From: Devosia nanyangense
GTDB taxonomy: Bacteria; Pseudomonadota; Alphaproteobacteria; Rhizobiales; Devosiaceae
Assembly (NCBI GenBank): GCA_016213505.1
Contig: JACRAF010000049.1
Coordinates: 2,045-34,044, forward strand
Direction of reading: 5' to 3'
DNA length: 32,000 bases
Shown: positions 16,639 through 23,595 of the stretch, piece after piece
Numbering within the stretch: position 1 is the stretch's first letter
Layout: each line of letters begins with the position of its first letter
The notes under the pieces: model-generated
What the model saw: the letters and a program-made list of their open reading frames with translations, nothing else
The model's database searches: none
Told to the model about the DNA's origin: nothing
Made by a program: the position numbers and the translations under genes

Positions 16639-18324
16639 TCACCCCGGCTTCGACAGCTCGAACAAATTGGCGATCGGGATCAGCCGCGCCGCGATCGTCC
16701 CCTGCTTGAACACCCGCATTTCGAGCAGCGTTCCCGAGCCGCGTGGGGCGCTCTGGTCGAACAGGAAATTGCCCAGAGAATAGAGCATCTGCGCCTGCCC
16801 GCCGGCGAACGGCGCGATCGCCGCCGAGGCCTGGTGCGAATGGGCGCCCACGATCAGCGCCACTCCGCAGCGGACGAGGCGTTCGGCGATGGCGCGTTCC
16901 TTGTCGCCGGCGCTGCTCGTATACTCCGTCCCCCAGTGCACGAAGGCGATCAGCGGCGGCGCCGCCGTCAGCCCGCACACCCAATCGAGATCATCCGGAT
17001 CGCCGATCGCATCGCCGACGAACTTGCCGGAAACGAAGTTCAGCGCCAGCAGCCGGAACGCCCCGAAATCGGTCACCGTGCCGTGCTGCATCGGCGCCAC
17101 CCCGAGCCCCGTGAGCAGTTTCACCGTTTCCACGCGCCCCTCCGCCCCGAGGTCATTGGCGTGGTTGTTGGCAAGGCTCGCCGCTTTGACATTGAGCGCC
17201 GCCAGCACCGGCGCCGCATCGTCCGTCACCATAACGTGGGTCGAGAAATCAACCCCTGTCACCGGCCCATCGAGCAGCACGCCCTCGAGATTGACGATCA
17301 GCGGCGTCCGCCGCGTCGCCGCCAGGACCGTGTCGCGGATCATCGTCCACGCTGCCGGGTCGCGCAGCGCCGGCAGGAAATACCGGCCGAGCAGCACGTC
17401 GCCGCCGAAGATCATCCGCGTCTGGCCGGGATAGTCGAACACCGTTCCATCCGCCGCATCGCGGACGAAGGCCGTCACCACATAGCTCGTGGTCGAGCCC
17501 GGCCCGGTGCCGTACTCGACCGAATTGCCGTTGGCGAGCACCACCGGGTGCGCGTCGAACACCTCGCGCTGCAGCGCCAGCTGGATGAACTGAGCGGCTT
17601 TGGAATCCATATGCTCCGGCTGGAGCAGCGGCGCCACCTGCGCCGGATCGCCCGTGGCGATCATCGCCAGCGTCTCCTGGTCGCGCGCCATCGCCTCGGG
17701 CATGGGCCGGTAGTGCGAATAGTCAGTCGATTGCACCACCAGCGTATCGGGGCCGATCAGCGGCTTCAGCGCCTCGGTCATTGCCCGCCAGTCGGCCTCG
17801 GTGGCGTTGACCGAGCCGAGCAGCGGGATCACCGTCGCGTTCGGGAAGAAGTGCTTGATGAACGGCGCTTCCGCCATCACCCCGTGCTCGGTGGCGAGGG
17901 TCGGCAGCACCTCGACCAGGTCCGACCGCACGGCGAGGGCGTTCACCCCCGCGGTGTCCGACGCCACCGTGCCGAACACCGATTTGAGGTTCTCTCGTGT
18001 CGTCCCGAAGGCCTTGCTCACCTTGTGGAAGTGGTCGGGCGAAACGAGGAGGATCGTCCGGTAGTGCCCCGCCGACGCCGCCCAGAAGCCGCGGGCGATG
18101 AGGTCGGCGGCGAGCAGATGATGCGGCACGCTGATCCCGGTAACGCCCGCCGGCGGGGCGAAAGCCGGCGTCTCTTTGGCGATCGCGGCGAGGATCGGCG
18201 CCGGGTCCTGCGCCGGCAAGTACGGATTGTCGGCCGCGTGCAGCGTCCCGCCGGACGGGCCCAGCCACAATCCGGCCAGCACCAGCCACACCGCCGCCTT
18301 TGCCCGGCCCGCAACCCCTGTCAC
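16639..18324 (-). CDS. Secreted fusion protein: Memo-like (AmmeMemoRadiSam system protein B family) domain plus CapA/PGA_cap metallophosphatase-like domain
   Basis: The N-terminal half has GISVPHHLLA, LLVSPDHF and QSTDYSHY (Memo/AmmeMemoRadiSam-B pattern). The C-terminal half has IFGGDVLLGR, VNLEGV, LANNHANDLG, FVHWGTEY and VGAHSH (CapA-type pattern). I chose the GTG at 18324, preceded by GGGAG 6 nt upstream, which yields the signal peptide (M)TGVAGRAKAAVWLVLAGLWLGPSGGTLHA|AD. The track ATG at 18429 would overlap the divergent gene's ATG head-to-head. Confidence 0.75.
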   Translation of the reverse strand: MTGVAGRAKAAVWLVLAGLWLGPSGGTLHAADNPYLPAQDPAPILAAIAKETPAFAPPAGVTGISVPHHLLAADLIARGFWAASAGHYRTILLVSPDHFHKVSKAFGTTRENLKSVFGTVASDTAGVNALAVRSDLVEVLPTLATEHGVMAEAPFIKHFFPNATVIPLLGSVNATEADWRAMTEALKPLIGPDTLVVQSTDYSHYRPMPEAMARDQETLAMIATGDPAQVAPLLQPEHMDSKAAQFIQLALQREVFDAHPVVLANGNSVEYGTGPGSTTSYVVTAFVRDAADGTVFDYPGQTRMIFGGDVLLGRYFLPALRDPAAWTMIRDTVLAATRRTPLIVNLEGVLLDGPVTGVDFSTHVMVTDDAAPVLAALNVKAASLANNHANDLGAEGRVETVKLLTGLGVAPMQHGTVTDFGAFRLLALNFVSGKFVGDAIGDPDDLDWVCGLTAAPPLIAFVHWGTEYTSSAGDKERAIAERLVRCGVALIVGAHSHQASAAIAPFAGGQAQMLYSLGNFLFDQSAPRGSGTLLEMRVFKQGTIAARLIPIANLFELSKPG

Positions 18325-18427
18325 CAATCGCTCCCGGCCTCGTCTGTCCCGGAGCGTGGTCCCCAGGATTTCACTTGTCGCGCCAGCATGCCATGTTGCG
18401 CCCCGATTGTGGGAAATCTCCGCCGCC

Positions 18428-20467
18428 ATGAACCCCCGCCGCCTTGCCCTCTATCTCGCCCTTCTGGTCGTTCTGGGGCTGATCGGCTTCGGCCTCGCGC
18501 TCTGGGGCCTGTTCGGCTGCGCCCCGCCGCCGCTGCCCGGCGATGAGCTCTGGACCTGGCGGCGAAATCTTGGTGAGGCGCTGGGTCTCCTCGTCCGCCT
18601 CGGCAGCCAATCGTGCTTCACCGCCGATCCGGGTGGCGCTCTCGCGCTCTGGCTGGGCAGCCGCACCGTCGCCATCCTCGCCGCCATCCTCGCGCTGATC
18701 GTGCTGTGGGAGAGCGTCGGGCGCGAACTGAGGCTCGCCTGGTTCCGCGCGCGCGGCGGCCATTTGGTCCTCGCCGGCACGGCTGACGATCTCGCCGGCC
18801 TCGCCCGGCAGCACGGCCGCTTCGCCGGCACGGTGTTTCTGGCGCCCGATCGCGGCGCCGCCGTCGACATCGCCCGCCACCGCCCGTTCGCGGAAATCGC
18901 CATGATCGACGCCAAACGCCTGCCGCTTCAGCTTGCCCGCTTCGGCGCAAACAAGGCGACGCTGCTTGCCGCCACCACGCCGAGCGATCTCGCCAATGTC
19001 GCACTCGCCGAAGCGGGCCTCGCGACACCCGGCAGCGGCGAGCTGCTGGTCCGGCTGGAACAACACTCCGTGCGCAGCTTTTCCAGTCATCGCCTGCGCA
19101 TCCGCGCCGCTGACCGGGGCCGGCCGCTGGCCATCGTCTCGCTGACCCAGTTGCAGACCCGCCGCGGCCTCGCCGCTGCAATGGCCGGCCGCTATACGCT
19201 CGATGGAGCGCCGCGCGTCCATATCGCGCTCTGCGGCAGCGGGCGCGGGCTCGAGGCGGCGAGCTTCGAGATCGCCCGCCAGGGTTTTGGCCTCGATACC
19301 GAAAAGCCGCTGCTCTCGATCCTGCGCACCGGCGCCGGCGATTTCGCCCCCGGCGCCGTCCACCGGCTCGAATCCTCCGGCGTCGCCGAAATCGAGATGG
19401 CCGACGTGCTCGCCGCCTCCGCCGATGGTCTCGATCGCGCCATCGCGGCGGCCGTCGAAGACCATCCGCCGTTGCGCGCCGTCCACTGCATGGGCGAGAC
19501 GGCCGGTGAGGCCGAGGCCCTGGCCCAGCGCTGGGAGGAGGTGCTGCTGGCCCTCGGCCAGCCCGTGCCGCCGATCGTCGCCTACGCCGCCGAGGATCGC
19601 CCGCTCGGCTCGACCGGCATGATCCGCGTCGCCACCGCGCACGATCTGGCCGAAGCCCGCGAGGCCGCCCGCCTGATGGACCAGCGCGCCCGCGCCGTGC
19701 ACCAGCTCTTCCTCGACGCCCAGCGTCTCGCACGCGGCGACAAGTTTGGCAGCGCCCCCGCCGAGGTCGATTGGGAGCGCCTGCCCGAGAGTTTTCAGAA
19801 CGACAACCGCAACGTCGCCGACCAGATGGATTTTAAGCTCGCCACCATCTTCATGCTGGCCCGTCCGGGCGCGGGCAGTGTGGCGCCGACGCCCGACGAC
19901 GCCGAGCAACTGGCCGAACTCGCCCATGCCCGCTGGTGGGCGGCCAAGGCGCTGAGCGGCTGGCGCTTCGGCCCCGTGCGCGACGACAAAAAGATGCTGC
20001 ACCCCGACATGCTGCCCTACGACCAGCTCTCCGAGCCGGTCCGCCAGAAGGACCGCGACGAAGTGGCGAGCCTCGCGGCCATGGCCGGCCTCGCCGGCGA
20101 GGCGCTGCTGCGCGAGCGCCGCATCGGCCTGCCGCGCCCGCTCGGGACCGCGGCGCTGACGCGTTTCGTCGACGATCTGCGGGCGACGCCCAAGCCTTTC
20201 GTCCCGGTCGCCGTCTTATCGCTCGATGACGCCGCGATGGTGCGGCTCGCCCAGGCCCTGATCGGCGCCGGCATCGCCATCGAGGCGGTGCTCGGCCGCT
20301 CGACCGGCGATCTGCGCGGCGATCCCGGCGTCGCGCCGGAGCTGGCCTCCGTGCTGCGCCGCGCCTGGCGCATCCACGTCGCCGGCGACGACGATGCCCG
20401 CCCGGCGCTCGCCGAACGCGCGACGGCGTGCGCCAACGAGAACGGAGCGATCGATGCGCTGGTCTAG
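18428..20467 (+). CDS. Membrane-anchored (2 TM) protein with two Rossmann/TrkA-N-like modules and a RyR (ryanodine-receptor repeat) domain, 679 aa
   Basis: TM1 is LALYLALLVVLGLIGFGLALWGLF and TM2 is ALALWLGSRTVAILAAILALIVLW. Rossmann-like modules are HLVLAGTADDLAGLA and HIALCGSGRGLEAASFEIARQG. The RyR-domain signature is WERLPESFQNDNRNVADQMDFKL...LAELAHARWWAAKALSGWRFGPVRDDKKMLHPDMLPYDQLSEPVRQKDRDEV (about 19740-20080). ATG at 18428. Confidence 0.75.
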   Translation: MNPRRLALYLALLVVLGLIGFGLALWGLFGCAPPPLPGDELWTWRRNLGEALGLLVRLGSQSCFTADPGGALALWLGSRTVAILAAILALIVLWESVGRELRLAWFRARGGHLVLAGTADDLAGLARQHGRFAGTVFLAPDRGAAVDIARHRPFAEIAMIDAKRLPLQLARFGANKATLLAATTPSDLANVALAEAGLATPGSGELLVRLEQHSVRSFSSHRLRIRAADRGRPLAIVSLTQLQTRRGLAAAMAGRYTLDGAPRVHIALCGSGRGLEAASFEIARQGFGLDTEKPLLSILRTGAGDFAPGAVHRLESSGVAEIEMADVLAASADGLDRAIAAAVEDHPPLRAVHCMGETAGEAEALAQRWEEVLLALGQPVPPIVAYAAEDRPLGSTGMIRVATAHDLAEAREAARLMDQRARAVHQLFLDAQRLARGDKFGSAPAEVDWERLPESFQNDNRNVADQMDFKLATIFMLARPGAGSVAPTPDDAEQLAELAHARWWAAKALSGWRFGPVRDDKKMLHPDMLPYDQLSEPVRQKDRDEVASLAAMAGLAGEALLRERRIGLPRPLGTAALTRFVDDLRATPKPFVPVAVLSLDDAAMVRLAQALIGAGIAIEAVLGRSTGDLRGDPGVAPELASVLRRAWRIHVAGDDDARPALAERATACANENGAIDALV

Positions 20468-22196
20468 CTTCATTGGGCCCCTCGCGACCCTCGCCGCCTG
20501 CCTCGTGGCGGGCGCCGCCCTCGCCATCACGCCGGTGACCGATCTCGAACGCTCCGCCACCCGGCAGGCGATCGCCGCCCAACTCGGCCCGAGCCATTCC
20601 TATGCGCTCCTCATCGGCATCTCGGACTTCGACGATCCGGCCTGGCGCGACCTCGCCGGCGTCGCCCCCGAGATCGGCAAGGTCGGCGCGGCGCTGACCA
20701 ATCAGGGCTTCACCATCGTCCCCGAGAGCCATGTCGGCCGCCTCGACCACGCCGGCCTCAAGACCGCCATCGAGCATTTCTTTTCGACCTACGGCGCCAA
20801 TGCCGAGGACCGCCTCGTCGTCTATATCGCGACGCACGGCTTCGCCGATCCTTCGATCCCCAATGCCGACGGCTACCTCATCGCGTCGGACGCCGCGGCG
20901 CCCGCCGGCGGTAAAGTCAAGAACGGCTATTCGGTCGACGAGCTCTCCGCCGCGCTGACCTCGATCGCTGCCCAGCACGTCTTCCTGTTCTTTGATTCGT
21001 GCTTTTCGGGCGCCATGCTGCCCGAGCCCACCCGCGCCGCCGACACCATCCTTGCAGGCAAACCCGAGCTCGCCTTGAGCAAGGAGACCGCGGCGTGGAC
21101 GCTGAGCCTCCTCGCCCACAATGCCCGCCTCGTCCTCACCGCCGGCAACGCCAGCCAGAGCGTGCCCGATATCGACAATCCGTTCTCGGCCGCCGTGGTC
21201 GATGCGCTGAGCGGCGCTGCCGATGCCGATGGCGACGGGCTGACGCTGGGCACCGAGATCGCCCAGTTCGTGCGCGGCCGCGTCGCCCGCGCCACCCGCC
21301 TCGCCGGCGCCGCCAACGACCCGGTGTTCGCTGTGCTGCCCAAGCTCGTCGCGCCCCTCGAGCCGCGCCCCGACGTGCCGAACCCCGATCGCGTCGACTA
21401 CGCGCTGCAGGGCGATTTCATCTTCCTCACTCCCGGCGGCCCGAAGGCCTCGGCCGAAGCGGGGATCAGCGAGCAGGAGGCGCTGCTCGCGGACCGCGAG
21501 GCGCGCCTGATCGACGGCCAGTTCACCGCCTGCCTCGATTGCCCGACCATGGTGAAGCTCCCCGGCACCGAGCCGCAGCTGGCCCTCGCCAGCACCGAAA
21601 TCACTTACGCCCAGTGGGACGCCTGCTTCCGCGAAAGCGCCTGCCACCGCTACCTGCCCGACGACGGCTTCGGCCGCGGCGACCGCCCGGCCGGCAACGT
21701 CACCTGGCTCGATGCGCTCGAATACGTCACCTGGCTCGGCACCAAGCCGACCAAGGACCAGCCGTGTGTCGGCTATCGCCTGCCCACCGAGGCCGAGTGG
21801 AACGCCGCCGCCCTCTACGGCACCGCCGGTCCCGTCACCTGGGCTGAGGCGGTCGCCGACACCTCGCCGGTCTGCTGGGGCTGTGGTGCCGGCGAGGACG
21901 GCACGGCCGCCGTGCGCACCGCCTCGCTGCCGGCCAACGCTGCGGGGCTCTACGACATGGTCGGCAATCTCTGGGAGTGGGTGGACGGCGCCGGCGCCGC
22001 CGCGTGCGACCTGACCGCCATCCGCCAGTCCGGCGCCTGCGTCCCCGGCCGCGTCATGGGCGGCTCCTTCGCCACCCGCGCCGATGCTCTCGCCACCATC
22101 GGCGACGGCGGCCTTGCCCCCCGCACCGGCAACGACCGCCCGTGGTCGTCCCCCACCATCGGCATGCGCGTGGCGTGCGAGGTGACGGGCGGCTGA
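20454..22196 (+). CDS. Exported caspase-like (peptidase C14) protease fused to an FGE-sulfatase-like (SUMF1/FGS) domain, 580 aa
   Basis: The ATG at 20454 is preceded by GGAG and overlaps the upstream stop by 14 nt. The N-terminal signal is MRWSSFIGPLATLAACLVAGAALA, with a possible lipobox LAAC. The caspase dyad is YIATHG (His128, 20835-20837) and FFDSCFSG (Cys183, 21000-21002). FGE-sulfatase motifs are CPTMVKLPG, EITYAQWDAC, PAGNVTWLDALEYVTWL, YRLPTEAEWNAAA, GLYDMVGNLWEWV, VMGGSF and IGMRVA. The post-GGS Cys pair of true FGEs is absent. Confidence 0.85.
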   Translation: MRWSSFIGPLATLAACLVAGAALAITPVTDLERSATRQAIAAQLGPSHSYALLIGISDFDDPAWRDLAGVAPEIGKVGAALTNQGFTIVPESHVGRLDHAGLKTAIEHFFSTYGANAEDRLVVYIATHGFADPSIPNADGYLIASDAAAPAGGKVKNGYSVDELSAALTSIAAQHVFLFFDSCFSGAMLPEPTRAADTILAGKPELALSKETAAWTLSLLAHNARLVLTAGNASQSVPDIDNPFSAAVVDALSGAADADGDGLTLGTEIAQFVRGRVARATRLAGAANDPVFAVLPKLVAPLEPRPDVPNPDRVDYALQGDFIFLTPGGPKASAEAGISEQEALLADREARLIDGQFTACLDCPTMVKLPGTEPQLALASTEITYAQWDACFRESACHRYLPDDGFGRGDRPAGNVTWLDALEYVTWLGTKPTKDQPCVGYRLPTEAEWNAAALYGTAGPVTWAEAVADTSPVCWGCGAGEDGTAAVRTASLPANAAGLYDMVGNLWEWVDGAGAAACDLTAIRQSGACVPGRVMGGSFATRADALATIGDGGLAPRTGNDRPWSSPTIGMRVACEVTGG

Positions 22197-22208
22197 CGCC
22201 GGCCGCCG

Positions 22209-23435
22209 TCAGGGAGGCGGCGCGTTCTGGATGATGTCCACCAACCTCGCCTGCGCCTCGTCGATGGACATGTTCGTGTCGGCGAAGAATTGCGTCTCGA
22301 GATCGCGGATTTGCCTCAGCGAGTCGCCGTCGAGCAGCTCGTCGCGCGACGGGTATGTGGCGCCGTTCTGGATAAGCGCGACGCCCCTTTGCACGCAGAC
22401 ATCGGCCCCGTCGCCGCCACCGAGCCGAGCCGGCAGCGTGCCGCGCCGCGCGTTGAACTCCCGCTGCACATCGTCCCGCACCAGAACGGCGGCGAGCGCC
22501 TCCTGGGCGTGGACGATCTCGGGGTCCTGGCTGACAGGAAACGCCAGCGTTTCGGCGACGACGTGCAGCGCCGGGTTCTGCCCGAGGCCCGGCAGGCAGT
22601 CGAAATCGACTCCCGGCGTCTTGCCGGCCGCTTCGAACCTCGCCAGGGCCCAATCGCCCGTCACATTGGCCGCGGCCTGGCCCTGAACGACGAGGTCGAC
22701 CGCTTCGTCCCATCGCGCGATCCTCTGGCCCGGTTCGACGAGCCGGCGTGCAACGTCGAATTGCGTCCACACATCGCGGTAGTCCGGCCCGCCGGCGACG
22801 TTGGTGTCCCGGCCGCGATAGACGCTCAGGTAGTTGGCCGTGCCGGCGACCGCGACCTCGATGCCGTCGAGCAGGTTACCGACCGGCCAGCCCTCCGCGA
22901 CCGCGAGCGGAAGCTTGCCGCTGGCCCTCACCGAGTCCACGCTCGCCACGAACTCGGTCCAACTCTGCGGAACGTTCATCCCGGCCTGCTGATAGACGTC
23001 GCGATTGAGCCACATCCATTGTTCCGTCCGCAGGCTCACCGGCACGCACAGGATGTGACCATCGACGGTGCACCCATCTAGCGCCGACGCCTCGAGGAAA
23101 TTCGCCCAGCTACCCTGGCTCGCAAGGTCGCGCAGGTCCCTGAGCAAACCGCTGGCGGCGAGCGTCGCGATGGTTGCCGGCGACAGCAGTGCTGCACACG
23201 GCGCGTTTCCACTGGCAATTTGGCGAATGACCTGCGTCTGCAGCTCGTTCGCATCCACCCGGACGCCCTCCCAGTGGTCACCACCAGCATTGAAGGCCTC
23301 CGCGAGGACCGCCTCCCCCGCGACTTCCTCCGGCGACGTCCACGAATGGACGACCTCGCAATCGGCCGCCGAAGCCGGCGACGAAAGTACAACAATCGAC
23401 AAGGCGAAAACGACACCGATGAAGACCGACCGCAT
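22209..23435 (-). CDS. Periplasmic carbohydrate ABC-transporter substrate-binding protein (SBP family 1). No cognate permease or ATPase genes are nearby.
   Basis: The ATG at 23435 is preceded by GGGGAGGG. The signal peptide is MRSVFIGVVFALSIVVLSSPASA|AD. The mature start (EVVHSWTSPEE...) and overall pattern resemble sugar-binding SBPs. The track start at 23627 adds an implausible leader. Confidence 0.7.
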   Translation of the reverse strand: MRSVFIGVVFALSIVVLSSPASAADCEVVHSWTSPEEVAGEAVLAEAFNAGGDHWEGVRVDANELQTQVIRQIASGNAPCAALLSPATIATLAASGLLRDLRDLASQGSWANFLEASALDGCTVDGHILCVPVSLRTEQWMWLNRDVYQQAGMNVPQSWTEFVASVDSVRASGKLPLAVAEGWPVGNLLDGIEVAVAGTANYLSVYRGRDTNVAGGPDYRDVWTQFDVARRLVEPGQRIARWDEAVDLVVQGQAAANVTGDWALARFEAAGKTPGVDFDCLPGLGQNPALHVVAETLAFPVSQDPEIVHAQEALAAVLVRDDVQREFNARRGTLPARLGGGDGADVCVQRGVALIQNGATYPSRDELLDGDSLRQIRDLETQFFADTNMSIDEAQARLVDIIQNAPPP

Positions 23436-23595
23436 AGTACCCTCCCCCAGATATTTATGGCCGTTCAGGATTTCTCCGGGGACGACAGTATAGCACAGGA
23501 TAGTGAAATAACAGTCCGTATGACAACTTGGGAAAAGCAATAGCGGGCGATGAAGCCCGGGGGGCTGGCCGCCTCTGCCCGCCGCCGCTACCCCG

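Noticed and set aside
18325-18429. ATG at 18429 as the start of the Memo/CapA gene (track ORF 16639..18429).
   Set aside because: It would place two start codons head-to-head, overlapping by 2 nt with the divergent RyR gene's ATG (18428), and leave no promoter space. The extra 35 aa are not signal-peptide-like. The GTG at 18324 has a GGGAG RBS and yields a proper signal peptide.
20394-20453. Track start 20394 for the caspase/FGS ORF (MPARRSPNARRRAPTRTERS extension).
   Set aside because: The extension is Arg-rich and overlaps the end of the RyR gene by 74 nt. The ATG at 20454 has a GGAG RBS and begins directly with a signal peptide.
21520-22196. Reading the C-terminal domain of the caspase fusion as a genuine formylglycine-generating enzyme (sulfatase maturase).
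   Set aside because: No sulfatase gene is nearby, and the Cys pair that follows the GGS motif in catalytic FGEs is absent (VMGGSFATRADALATIG). A binding or sensor role is more consistent. This needs a proper alignment to confirm.
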